DNA from: Oceanispirochaeta sp.
GTDB lineage: Bacteria > Spirochaetota > Spirochaetia > DSM-2461
Length of the DNA: 64,000 nucleotides
Direction: 5' to 3'
Assembly: GCA_963663385.2 (NCBI GenBank)
Contig: CAXXXD010000001.1
Location: 448,001 to 512,000 of the forward strand
A program made the translations under genes and the position numbers. The notes under the pieces were generated by a model. The model made no database searches, had not been told where the DNA came from, and saw nothing but the letters and a program-made list of their open reading frames with translations. Of the stretch, positions 1-9,186 are shown piece after piece (positions within the stretch are counted from its first letter, which is position 1; the number at the start of each line of letters is the position of its first letter).

Positions 1-162
1 AGAAACTACTCTAAAAGAGTATTAAGAGAGGTATTCCGGAATGAAAAAAATAATATCAAAGGATGTTTTGATATTGTAATTGTACTTTATCCGGGAGACT
101 ATTCGTTTCAAGAGAGATATGATCAGTTCAAAGTGCTGATTAAAAGAGCGAATCTTGTTTAA
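1..162 (+). CDS. rnpA: Ribonuclease P protein component, 3' part (truncated by window start)
   Basis: Frame 1 reads [16 protein letters not shown]...[10 protein letters not shown]...RANLV*, with an RNR-motif-like segment, directly upstream of yidD-yidC-jag. Confidence 0.85.
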   Translation, partial: RNYSKRVLREVFRNEKNNIKGCFDIVIVLYPGDYSFQERYDQFKVLIKRANLV

Positions 163-388
163 ATTCTTAAATTGGATTATAAATAATTTCTTAATAACAC
201 TTATTTTTTTTTATAAAAAGATTATATCGCCCTGGTTGCCCAGGTCTTGCAGGTTTTATCCAACCTGTTCGTCCTATACGTTGGAAGCATTAAAGAAATA
301 CGGCCCCTGGAAGGGTAGTTTTCTATCGCTTAAACGAATTTTGCGATGCCATCCTGGAAATCCTGGAGGATATGATCCTTTACCATGA
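155..388 (+). CDS. yidD: Membrane protein insertion efficiency factor YidD
   Basis: [10 protein letters not shown]...RILRCHP...GGYDP motifs; lies between rnpA and yidC. Confidence 0.95.
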   Translation: MFKFLNWIINNFLITLIFFYKKIISPWLPRSCRFYPTCSSYTLEALKKYGPWKGSFLSLKRILRCHPGNPGGYDPLP

Positions 389-406
389 TATTTTTTGGGA
401 GTTGAA

Positions 407-2158
407 ATGGATAAAAATACATTTCTGGCTATTCTTTTATCAGTTGTAGTAATATCGGGCGGTTTTTTTATACAAACTAAATTTTTTATGCCTGAAGAAA
501 CTTTTGCTCCTTCTTCTGAAGAACAGAAGGTAGTAGTAGAAGAAAGTACTGAAACAACCGAACAAACTTTTGTCGAAACAAGTAAACCTTCACAAAAAAC
601 AGAGACCTTGCTGGAAGGGATTGATAATTCAAACTACATATCAGAAATTATTGAGGTTGAGACAGATAAATTTTTGATTGAATTCAATACTGATGGAGCT
701 GTCATCACTTCCATAAAGCTGAAAGAGCATATGGAAGGAGATCATGAAGTTGATATGATCCTTGCTAAGGATAGCGGATTGGGTTCTTTCGGATTATCAT
801 TCGGCGAAAATTATGATTCCTGTCTTAACGATACATATCAGTTTGTAGCTGATGAAAAAAAACAGACATATAGTTTTATCAGGGACTATCAGATTAAAGA
901 ATCGGATGGAAGTATCAGTAAACCTTTCAGGGTTGAAAAGAAGTTTGTCTTTTTTCCTGATGAGTATATGTTTGAAATTCGTGTAAACATAAGTAATTCA
1001 GTAAATGACTATATTCCCCTGGATATTGATAATCAGGCTTATACTCTCTCCATAGGTCCTCAAATTGGTCCGGATTTTTTAAAACTTGACGGTCGTAATG
1101 AGTACAGAAAATACTACTCCCTTTCAGGTGATAAACGTATAAACAATAAGCTTAAAAATAATTATGCCGAAACAGGTGATCAGATAAAATGGGGTGCTAT
1201 TGTTGGTAAATATTTTACAGTAATAGGAATCCCCGGTTCCGGCGTAGCTAAGACAGTCTGGTCAGATGCACCTGTGGATGGAGTTGATATTGCATCCAGA
1301 ATGTTCTTTGTGAGATCTGCTATCCGTAATTCCCGGAATGAAGATGTTTACCGCTTTTACATAGGACCTAAAAATAACAGAAATTTATCTTCCTATAATA
1401 TTTCAATGGATAATCCATTCGGATTTTCCGATATGTATATGGATAAAGCAATTGATTCCAGTTCCTGGTTGGGATGGTTGGAATTTATTCTGAAATTTTT
1501 TCTTGAAACATTCTACAAACTGATACCGAATTATGGTGTCGCTATTATCCTTTTGACCATTTTGATTAAAGTTGTATTTTTTCCTATTACTCATAAGAGT
1601 TATGAATCAACAGGCAAAATGCAGAGTATTCAGCCTAAAATCAAAGAACTTCAGGATAAATATAAAAATGATCCTAACAAGTTAAACAAGGAAATGGCAG
1701 ATCTTTATAAAAAAGAAGGGGTTAACCCCATGGGAGGTTGTCTTCCCATGCTGATTCAGATGCCTATTTTCTTTGCGTTGTACGGTTTGTTGAATAAGTA
1801 TTTTGATCTTAGAGGAGCTGTATTTATAGACGGATGGATTATGGATCTTTCAGCTCCTGAGTCTATATGGAATTTTGGGAATTTTACTCTGCCTATTCTG
1901 GGATGGAATGATCTTAGATTACTTCCCATCCTTTATCTGGGAACACAGCTTATAATGAGTAAATTTACCCAGGCACCTTCAGGTGGTGGGCAGAATGCCA
2001 TGCAGACAAAAATGCTTACTCTCGGTATGCCTATTATGTTCTTTTTTATTCTGTACGATATGCCCTCGGGATTGCTGTTATACTGGACGGTTACAAATAT
2101 TCTGACCGCAGCACAGCAAGCGTTTATCAGTAGCAGAAAGAAGAAAATGGCTGCATAA
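407..2158 (+). CDS. yidC: Membrane protein insertase YidC
   Basis: NYGVAIILLT, NPMGGCLPMLIQMPIFFALY, WIMDLSAPE and PSGLLLYW motifs. ATG at 407 follows GGGAG; the ORF track starts at TTG 395. Confidence 0.97.
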   Translation: MDKNTFLAILLSVVVISGGFFIQTKFFMPEETFAPSSEEQKVVVEESTETTEQTFVETSKPSQKTETLLEGIDNSNYISEIIEVETDKFLIEFNTDGAVITSIKLKEHMEGDHEVDMILAKDSGLGSFGLSFGENYDSCLNDTYQFVADEKKQTYSFIRDYQIKESDGSISKPFRVEKKFVFFPDEYMFEIRVNISNSVNDYIPLDIDNQAYTLSIGPQIGPDFLKLDGRNEYRKYYSLSGDKRINNKLKNNYAETGDQIKWGAIVGKYFTVIGIPGSGVAKTVWSDAPVDGVDIASRMFFVRSAIRNSRNEDVYRFYIGPKNNRNLSSYNISMDNPFGFSDMYMDKAIDSSSWLGWLEFILKFFLETFYKLIPNYGVAIILLTILIKVVFFPITHKSYESTGKMQSIQPKIKELQDKYKNDPNKLNKEMADLYKKEGVNPMGGCLPMLIQMPIFFALYGLLNKYFDLRGAVFIDGWIMDLSAPESIWNFGNFTLPILGWNDLRLLPILYLGTQLIMSKFTQAPSGGGQNAMQTKMLTLGMPIMFFFILYDMPSGLLLYWTVTNILTAAQQAFISSRKKKMAA

Positions 2159-2206
2159 ACCTGGAGTAAGCTCCTGAATTGTAATTTCGTTAACCAGGAG
2201 ATATAT

Positions 2207-2884
2207 ATGGTAAAAGAATATGAGGGAAAGACTGAAAGGGAGGCTATTGAAAAAGCAGCGGCTGATCTTGGATTGAAGCAGGATCAGTTTGATGTTGAAA
2301 TAGTTGAATCTGAACAGCATGGTTTCTTTTTTAAAAGAGGCTCAGTGAAAATTCGGGTTTACCTTGAGGATGGAAATGAACTAAAATCATCCATTAAAAA
2401 AGTCATTGAACCCGCTGGTGATATTGAAGGTAAATTAGTCAGTTTTCTTGAAAAATTGATTGAGTACATGGGATATCCCGGAGATGTTAGTATCAGTTTC
2501 AGAGAGGGTGAAAAACTGGGTTTGGATATCAAATCTTCCCATTCAGCCATTCTGATTGGAAAGAAAGGAAAAAACCTTGATGCCCTTCAGATGTTAGTGA
2601 ATGTTTACGCCAGTAAAATTGGAGGTAACGATTATAACGGAAAAATTATTATCGATACTGAGAATTACAGGCAGCGTAGAGAGGAAAATCTGATTCGGCT
2701 GGCTAATAAAACAGCTGAACAGGTATGTAAAACCAAATCTTCAAAACTTCTTGAACCAATGAATCCCTTCGAAAGGAGGCTTATTCATATGGCATTAAAT
2801 GATATGGATGAAGTTATCACAAAAAGTGAAGGTGACGGACTGTATAAGCAGGTACGAATCATCTATAAGGGAAGTAATTCCTGA
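2207..2884 (+). CDS. jag: Jag/KhpB (EloR) RNA-binding protein (Jag_N, KH, R3H)
   Basis: ILIGKKGKNLDALQ (KH) and LEPMNPFERRLIHMAL (R3H); AGGAG RBS. Confidence 0.95.
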   Translation: MVKEYEGKTEREAIEKAAADLGLKQDQFDVEIVESEQHGFFFKRGSVKIRVYLEDGNELKSSIKKVIEPAGDIEGKLVSFLEKLIEYMGYPGDVSISFREGEKLGLDIKSSHSAILIGKKGKNLDALQMLVNVYASKIGGNDYNGKIIIDTENYRQRREENLIRLANKTAEQVCKTKSSKLLEPMNPFERRLIHMALNDMDEVITKSEGDGLYKQVRIIYKGSNS

Positions 2885-2892
2885 TAGGGTAT

Positions 2893-2923
2893 AAAAAAGG
2901 CTGTCATTAGACAGCCTTTTTTT
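2893..2923. terminator. Bidirectional intrinsic terminator between jag and thrC
   Basis: AAAAAA-GGCTGTC-atta-GACAGCC-TTTTTTT between convergent genes. Confidence 0.9.
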
Positions 2924-4220
2924 AATACTTATTTATCAGTACACTTTTTAGATCCTCAAGTGTATTGCCAATCACCTCAGAAACTTTTTCCTTATCCTTA
3001 ACATCCAATAAAGACTGTGGAAGGACAGGTTCATGGCCTACAGCCTTATGAAAGACTTCCTTGAACTTACCTGGATGTGCCGTTGAAAGAACTGTTACAT
3101 GGTCATTTTTATGCGTTTCCGCATAGATTTCTGCTGCCTTGATACCTACAGCAGTATGAGGACAAATTTCATAATTATAGGAATTGTTTATACGGCGTAT
3201 TGTCTCAAGTGTAGCTTCATCATCGATGCACTGTCCTTCAATCTCTTTTCGGAGCTTATTAAAATCATTATTATAAAGATTCTGCATCCGTTCAAAATTA
3301 CTGGGAGCTCCCACATCCATTGCATTGGAGTAGGTATGAATGGAAGGACGGGGCGCATAATTTCCTGATTTTAAATACTCGGGAATAACATCATTTCTGT
3401 TGGTTGATGCGATAAACCTCTTAACTGGGAGACCCCAGTGTTTGGCATATAAACCGGCTGTCAGATTTCCGAAATTTCCACTGGGTACACAGAAAACATT
3501 ATTCTCTGCAGGAAAATCCATTCTACTGACCGCCCAGATATAATATAGTGACTGAGGTATCAGTCTGCCGAGATTAATGGAATTAGCCGAAGTAAGGTTT
3601 ATATACTTCATTTCTGAATCCCTGAATGCCTCTTTTACCATCTTCTGACAATCATCAAAGGATCCTTCAACTTCAAGGGCCTGTATATTTTTTCCCAGTG
3701 TAGTCATCTGCTTTTCCTGCAGGGGGCTTATACGCCCTTTAGGGTACAGGATTATCACATCAATATTCTTCTTATCATAGAATGCTTTAGCAACGGCACT
3801 GCCGGTATCGCCTGAAGTAGCGGTTAAAATAACAGCTTTTTTATCATTGCATTTTAGAAAAAACTCCATGGATGCGGCAAGAAAGGATGCTCCGAAATCT
3901 TTGAAGGCCGAACTGGGTCCATGAAAAAGTTCCAGTATCTGAATCTGATTATTCAGGATTTTTAGGGACGGCTCGAAGGAAAAGGCTCTACTGGCCAGTT
4001 GTATGGCATCGTCTTTTGATATTTCATCTTTTAAAAGATTATATAGTACAGAGGACGCAATATCATTAAAACTGTCGGAAGCTGTAAAACTACTAAATAA
4101 TTCCTTCATATCCGGCATTACGGTTGGATAGAAAAGACCCCCATCCGGAGATAAGCCCTGAAAGAGGGCATCCTTAAAGGTTAATTTAAATTTTGAATCT
4201 CTGGTACTGGCAAATAACAT
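2922..4220 (-). CDS. thrC: Threonine synthase
   Basis: LELFHGPSSAFKDFG (PLP lysine), ATSGDTGSA, SANSINLGRL, VPSGNFGN, STAHPGKF. Confidence 0.96.
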   Translation of the reverse strand: MLFASTRDSKFKLTFKDALFQGLSPDGGLFYPTVMPDMKELFSSFTASDSFNDIASSVLYNLLKDEISKDDAIQLASRAFSFEPSLKILNNQIQILELFHGPSSAFKDFGASFLAASMEFFLKCNDKKAVILTATSGDTGSAVAKAFYDKKNIDVIILYPKGRISPLQEKQMTTLGKNIQALEVEGSFDDCQKMVKEAFRDSEMKYINLTSANSINLGRLIPQSLYYIWAVSRMDFPAENNVFCVPSGNFGNLTAGLYAKHWGLPVKRFIASTNRNDVIPEYLKSGNYAPRPSIHTYSNAMDVGAPSNFERMQNLYNNDFNKLRKEIEGQCIDDEATLETIRRINNSYNYEICPHTAVGIKAAEIYAETHKNDHVTVLSTAHPGKFKEVFHKAVGHEPVLPQSLLDVKDKEKVSEVIGNTLEDLKSVLINKY

Positions 4221-4231
4221 GATACCTCCGC

Positions 4232-5608
4232 CTATCCTATAAATTTTTTATGAATTTCTTTAAGAGCTAAAGTTTTGTCTTTTTCATGAATTACAAAAGA
4301 AATATTCCTTTCAGAGGAACCCTGGGCAATTGCCAGAATATTAACTTCCGCTTTACCTACTGTGCTGAAAAGGTCTCCCGTCAAACCAATCTGACCAATC
4401 ATTTTTTCACCTATTACAGCAATAATAACCAGATTATCCACAATATCAATATTCTGTATCTTTCTTGATTGAATGGCAGAATCAAGATTCTTCTGAAGTT
4501 TTTCCCTGGCTGATAGGACTTCTTCTGTTCGGCAGAGAATAGAAATACTATGCTCTGATGAAGCTTGAGTTATCATTATTATGTTAACATCAGCTTCGGC
4601 CAGAGAATTGAATATCAAAGAGGCAATACCAGGCATCCCAACCATTCCGCCTCCTTCAATATTGATAAGAGAAACATTATCAATTGAAGCCAAACCGGTG
4701 ATAATTCTGTTTTTTTCACTGCTTTTATCTGTAATAAGAGTCCCTTTGGCGGTGGGATTCATGGTATTTTTTATATAAACAGGAATATTTTTATCAATTG
4801 TCGGTATGAGAGTATAAGGATGAATAACTTCTGCACCAAAATAGGATAGTTCCATGGCTTCCTGAATACTCAACTGGGGTATTACAAAAGCATTCTCAAC
4901 AATCCGGGGGTCAGCTGTGAGAACACCATCAACATCAGTCCATATTTCCACTACCTTTGCATCCAGTGCAGCACCCACAATACTTGCTGTATAATCGCTT
5001 CCGTTTCTTCCGAGTGTGGTAGTTCTGTTATTGGAATCGGAAGCTATAAAACCTGTAATAACGGAGATACTATTCTCATTTAATAGAATTTTTTCTTTTA
5101 TAAGTTTGTAACTGGCAAACAGATCCACGTTTCCCTTGCCAAAATTACTATCTGTTTTAATAACAGTCCGGGCATCAACAAATTGAGAATCCATATCTAT
5201 AAAATTCATATAGGAAGAGAACTGGAAACAGTTCATCCTTTCCCCGAAACTCATTATTATATCTTTTGTTTTAAGGGAACACTCTCTTACAAGTTCCACT
5301 CCGTGAAGGATATCTTTCAACTCACAGAGCATCTGATCCATACCGCTGCTTAAATGCTCCGGTATTTTGGCACCGAATAGCTCTTCAATACAGGTTAGAT
5401 GTGTATCTCTGATAGATATTATGTTATTTCTATAATCAGCATTGCCGGCTTCAGCTTTTTCTGCTGCATCAATCAGCTGATTAGTTATACCTTTCATGGC
5501 TGATAGTACAATACTGACTGGACCTTCTACAGCTGAAATAATTTTTATGGTTTGTTGTATTCTTTCGGAGTCTGCCAGGGAACTTCCGCCGAACTTCATT
5601 ACTATCAT
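4232..5608 (-). CDS. Aspartate kinase with two ACT domains (ThrA-like kinase module, no homoserine dehydrogenase domain)
   Basis: MKFGGSS, TTLGRNGSDYTA, WTDVDGVLTADPR, ELSYFGAEVIHP, QGSSERNIS; upstream of thrC. Confidence 0.93.
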   Translation of the reverse strand: MIVMKFGGSSLADSERIQQTIKIISAVEGPVSIVLSAMKGITNQLIDAAEKAEAGNADYRNNIISIRDTHLTCIEELFGAKIPEHLSSGMDQMLCELKDILHGVELVRECSLKTKDIIMSFGERMNCFQFSSYMNFIDMDSQFVDARTVIKTDSNFGKGNVDLFASYKLIKEKILLNENSISVITGFIASDSNNRTTTLGRNGSDYTASIVGAALDAKVVEIWTDVDGVLTADPRIVENAFVIPQLSIQEAMELSYFGAEVIHPYTLIPTIDKNIPVYIKNTMNPTAKGTLITDKSSEKNRIITGLASIDNVSLINIEGGGMVGMPGIASLIFNSLAEADVNIIMITQASSEHSISILCRTEEVLSAREKLQKNLDSAIQSRKIQNIDIVDNLVIIAVIGEKMIGQIGLTGDLFSTVGKAEVNILAIAQGSSERNISFVIHEKDKTLALKEIHKKFIG

Positions 5609-5725
5609 GAGAATAATTTCCTTAACTATTGATTCATAATGTATATCCTTTTTCTATAGAATTTTCCATACCTGAAAAACAGGAAGAAATGATTCTTCAT
5701 ATTTAAAAGGAGTCACATTGTTTTA

Positions 5726-5754
5726 TTGACAGAATAGTGTCCAAACGATAGATT
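5726..5754 (+). promoter_or_regulatory. sigma70 promoter of murA (probably leaderless)
   Basis: TTGACA-17 nt-TAGATT. The ATG at 5761 starts 6 nt after the -10 box and has no SD. Confidence 0.65.
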
Positions 5755-5760
5755 TTGATC

Positions 5761-7038
5761 ATGCATAAATATGAAATTGAAGGTGGTTTTCCTGTAAAAG
5801 GTAAAATCCGTGCCAGCGGGAATAAAAATGCAGCGCTGCCCTGTATAGCTGCTGTACTGTTAACAGATGAAGTTGTTGAATTAGAAAATATTCCGGAAAT
5901 CGAAGATGTAGGGGTCATGATAGATATCCTTACTCATCTTGGGTGTAAAGTCGAAAAGGTTAAACCCAATCATTTTAAATTTAAAATGAATGATATAAAA
6001 AATGATGTTCCTGCATCAATGGCATCAGTTGTCAGAGCATCTATTCTATTTGCCGGACCCTTGTTAGCAAGAACAGGTAAGGTTATTCTTCCTCCTCCCG
6101 GTGGGGATGTTATAGGGCGAAGAAGACTGGACACTCATTTTCTGGCTTTGACATCACTTGGTGCAAGAGTGGAAATTGATGGTCAGTTTGTCATTACAGC
6201 CAACAAACTGGTTGGGGTTGATATGTTTCTGGATGAAGCTTCGGTAACTGCTACCGAAAATGCCGTAATGGCGGCAGTATTGGCAGAAGGAAAAACTGTA
6301 ATTCAGAATGCGGCTTCCGAACCACATATTCAGGATCTTTGTCATATGCTGAATAATATGGGTGCCAGGATAACAGGTATTGGTTCCAATATTCTCTATA
6401 TAGAGGGAGTGAAAAAACTTAAAGGAACCAGTTTTTCCATAGGAGCTGATTTTATGGAAGTTGGCTCCTATATAGGATTGGCAGCTGTAACAAGAGGTGA
6501 GCTTGAAATAGTAAATGCCAACCCGGAAAACATGAGAATGTGTAAGATTGCTTTCGGGAAGCTTGGAATTCACTGGCAGTCGGAGGGCAACTCCATATAT
6601 GTCCCGCCCAGTCAGAATCTGAAAGTTCAAAGTGATATGGGAGGTATGATCCCTCAAATTGATGATGCTCCCTGGCCCGGGTTTCCACCGGATCTGACAA
6701 GTATTATCACTGTTGTGGCGACACAGGTCGAAGGAACTATCCTTATACATGAAAAAATGTTTGAGTCAAGGATGTTCTTTGTGGATAAACTGATATCCAT
6801 GGGAGCCGGAATAATTCTCTGTGATCCTCATAGAGCGGTTGTGAGTGGTCCTCGTATACTTACGGGGTCAGATTTAGTTTCACCTGATGTTCGTGCCGGT
6901 ATGGCAATGGTGATAGCAGCTCTTTGTGCAAGAGGAAAAAGTACGATTCATAATGTTTATCAGATAGAAAGGGGTTATGAATCGCTCTCTGATAAATTAT
7001 CCAGTCTTGGTGCTCACATTAAAAGAATTAAAGAATAA
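5761..7038 (+). CDS. murA: UDP-N-acetylglucosamine 1-carboxyvinyltransferase (Asp-type active site)
   Basis: GNKNAALP, RASIL, PGGDVIGRR, SVTATEN, PWPGFPPD, DVRAG, IERGYE. Confidence 0.96.
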   Translation: MHKYEIEGGFPVKGKIRASGNKNAALPCIAAVLLTDEVVELENIPEIEDVGVMIDILTHLGCKVEKVKPNHFKFKMNDIKNDVPASMASVVRASILFAGPLLARTGKVILPPPGGDVIGRRRLDTHFLALTSLGARVEIDGQFVITANKLVGVDMFLDEASVTATENAVMAAVLAEGKTVIQNAASEPHIQDLCHMLNNMGARITGIGSNILYIEGVKKLKGTSFSIGADFMEVGSYIGLAAVTRGELEIVNANPENMRMCKIAFGKLGIHWQSEGNSIYVPPSQNLKVQSDMGGMIPQIDDAPWPGFPPDLTSIITVVATQVEGTILIHEKMFESRMFFVDKLISMGAGIILCDPHRAVVSGPRILTGSDLVSPDVRAGMAMVIAALCARGKSTIHNVYQIERGYESLSDKLSSLGAHIKRIKE

Positions 7039-7039
7039 C

Positions 7040-7085
7040 TTATACAGGGAGTATATCTATTTAATAGGATTAACTCCCTGTATAA
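7040..7085. terminator. 13-bp perfect inverted repeat after murA; probable terminator or structural hairpin
   Basis: TTATACAGGGAGT (7040-7052) and ACTCCCTGTATAA (7073-7085), between convergent genes. Confidence 0.6.
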
Positions 7086-7090
7086 TATAG

Positions 7091-7314
7091 TTATTCACAA
7101 GTTATCCACATAGCATTTCTTTTTTTCTTAATTCTAAAAAAACTATATAGATTGTATTTAAATATTCAACTGTAATAATAATTTCTTTTGTATTATAAAA
7201 TTATTTTATATAAATATAAAATTTGAATAAGAAAATCATTAACTGCAAATATGTAAAAAATAAAAAAACAATGTTATCCGCAACTTATTCACAATTTTAC
7301 ACAAGTTATTCACA
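7091..7314 (+). promoter_or_regulatory. DnaA-box cluster with AT-rich spacer; candidate oriC or DnaA-regulatory locus
   Basis: TTATTCACA 7091, TTATCCACA 7102, TTATCCGCA 7274, TTATTCACA 7285, TTTTACACA 7295, TTATTCACA 7306, all on the same strand; very AT-rich 7111-7273. Confidence 0.75.
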
Positions 7315-7929
7315 AGCAGTTACTAGGATATATCCTGAACCGTTTGTATTTTGTATCTTTAGCAGTTCAGGGAATATGTCCGGTGCAAATTCATATAACT
7401 TTTTTTTCAATTTAGAAATACTGACGTAGAGGCTGTTTTCATGATTTTCAGACTGAATATTTATAAATTGAGAGATGGCTTGATATGTAACAACCTGATT
7501 TATATTCTTAAAAAGAATTGATAGAATTTTTGTTTCCCGTTTTGATAACTTTTTTAATTTTTCATTAATACGTATTCCTGAATTCAGTAGCTCTATAGAA
7601 TTCTGTCCAATATTGATTTTTTCAAGATTTAGAATTTTATCAACTCTCAGAATCAATTCTAAGATATCCCATGGATTCTTCAGATAATCCAAAGCTCCCA
7701 GGCAGTAAGCTTCCTCCAGGTAGAAAGCTTCCCCGTAGGCAATAATCTGTTGTCCTTTCATTTTTCTATTTAAGAAAATAAACTGTTCTACCGGAAGTAT
7801 CACAAGATTATAAGAATTAAAATCAGAAAATTTCTCCTCAAAAACACATTTTCTATAAAAATCAGGGTATTTATATCTCAGAGTTGAAATTATATCAGGG
7901 TGAAATGCAACACACAGAATGAAATTCAT
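7306..7929 (-). CDS. OmpR-type winged-helix protein with a degenerate receiver-like N-terminus
   Basis: GALDYLKNPWDILELILRV, LSKRETKILSIL, SLYVSISKLKKKL, IQNTNGSGYIL; no recognisable acidic phospho-pocket. Confidence 0.75.
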   Translation of the reverse strand: MNFILCVAFHPDIISTLRYKYPDFYRKCVFEEKFSDFNSYNLVILPVEQFIFLNRKMKGQQIIAYGEAFYLEEAYCLGALDYLKNPWDILELILRVDKILNLEKINIGQNSIELLNSGIRINEKLKKLSKRETKILSILFKNINQVVTYQAISQFINIQSENHENSLYVSISKLKKKLYEFAPDIFPELLKIQNTNGSGYILVTACE

Positions 7930-7956
7930 AAAAAAAACCGGGCAATGAAGCCCGGT
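7930..7956 (-). terminator. Intrinsic terminator after the STAS gene
   Basis: Minus strand ACCGGGC-ttcatt-GCCCGGT followed by a T-run. Confidence 0.75.
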
Positions 7957-7961
7957 ATCAA

Positions 7962-8516
7962 TTACCCAAGAAAAACCTGACCGGTATTATCTATAGCCAG
8001 AATAGTTTTACACTCGCTACAGCGGAATCTTCCAGGTTTTGTTGCTTTCAGCTTTTTCGAACAGATAGGACATCTGAATATTTTTGGAAAAATATCGCTT
8101 GATTTCGTTTCACCTTCACTTTCAAAAAATGCAACAGCTTCATCAAGGTTATCTTTGATATTAAAAAATTGAGAAAACCCCAGTAACTGAAATACTTCAT
8201 ATACCTTGGGTTGTATTTCCAGTAGTACTAGATTTCCTCCTCGTGGCTTTACTGTTTTAAGAAAAGCAGTAAATGAACCAATTCCTGTACTGGATACATA
8301 ATTTAAGCTTCCGCAGTGGAAAATTAATCTTGTATACCCAGACTCTATGGCTTTATTAACTCTTTTCTGAAAAAGATTGGAGTTATATGTATCGATATAA
8401 CCAGTAAGATATAAAACCATACATCCTTTAACAGAGTCAATTTTCTGTAATCTGATTTTAAGGCTGTCGTCTTTTTCTATATCAAATCCAGGTACTATCT
8501 CATTGTTCCCACTCAT
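7962..8516 (-). CDS. Anti-sigma-factor antagonist (STAS) with C-terminal zinc ribbon
   Basis: GYIDTYNS, LNYVSSTGIG (phospho-Ser site), VYEVFQLLGF; C-terminal CPIC...CSEC. Confidence 0.9.
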   Translation of the reverse strand: MSGNNEIVPGFDIEKDDSLKIRLQKIDSVKGCMVLYLTGYIDTYNSNLFQKRVNKAIESGYTRLIFHCGSLNYVSSTGIGSFTAFLKTVKPRGGNLVLLEIQPKVYEVFQLLGFSQFFNIKDNLDEAVAFFESEGETKSSDIFPKIFRCPICSKKLKATKPGRFRCSECKTILAIDNTGQVFLG

Positions 8517-8569
8517 ATACTAATCACCTTTAAAATTATGTAACTTGCTTATTAGAATATACAACCTCT

Positions 8570-8598
8570 ATTCTATTAATCTGACATTGATTTGTCAA
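8570..8598 (-). promoter_or_regulatory. sigma70 promoter of the STAS gene with an overlapping TGACA-N6-TGTCA palindrome
   Basis: Minus strand TTGACA-17-TAGAAT; inverted repeat at 8582-8597. Confidence 0.65.
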
Positions 8599-8704
8599 AT
8601 AAATAAAAAGAGTTATTTTTTATTATATTAAAAATAGCAGGCCTTCTTGATATATGCTAAATCCGGGTATAACATTAAGTAATCCCTGTTTTCTGGAGAG
8701 TTTA

Positions 8705-9181
8705 ATGAAAAATAAATTAGTTTATATCATTCTTTTTGTTTGTTTCTCTCTCTTTGCACAGGAAGCAACATTGAATGGCCCTGAAAATTTTTCATTTACC
8801 ACTACAATAAAATATCTAAATTTCTGTACTGTTAGCGAATTAAACTCATTAATGGAAAATGAAACTTGGCTTTTATTGGACGGCTCCCTCTCTTCACTTA
8901 CTCTTCTTTCCGCAAAAGGTGAAGAATATCTGCTGGAAGCTCTTCTTGTACAGGGGGAGTGGAAAGAAATGGATGAAGTTCTTAAATATGAGTGTAAACT
9001 AATATTTAAAGGTGATTACTGGGAAAATATTGTTCCGGAAAGAACTCCAAGAAAAGTAAGTGAAGATATGATTTTACTGAATTCTCATGTTCTTGTTTTA
9101 GGCAAAGTAATAGGGCATGAAAGTGTTGAAAATACGAATATACCTTATATTAAGGTTAATCAGATAAGGATTATTCCCTGA
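8705..9181 (+). CDS. Exported hypothetical protein
   Basis: ATG 8705 after GGAGAG; signal-peptide-like MKNKLVYIILFVCFSLFA. Confidence 0.7.
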   Translation: MKNKLVYIILFVCFSLFAQEATLNGPENFSFTTTIKYLNFCTVSELNSLMENETWLLLDGSLSSLTLLSAKGEEYLLEALLVQGEWKEMDEVLKYECKLIFKGDYWENIVPERTPRKVSEDMILLNSHVLVLGKVIGHESVENTNIPYIKVNQIRIIP

Positions 9182-9186
9182 TGGCG

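Noticed and set aside
7091..7314. Possible mini-CRISPR or Rex operators from the repeated TTATTCACAA
   Set aside because: The repeats are 9-11 bp, tandem and co-oriented, with no spacers or palindromic partner and no cas genes. DnaA boxes fit better.
7223..7429. 68-aa plus-strand ORF across the DnaA boxes
   Set aside because: It has a TTG start in AT-rich DNA, is antisense to the wHTH gene, and its repetitive 'YSQ' content is simply the translation of the DnaA boxes.
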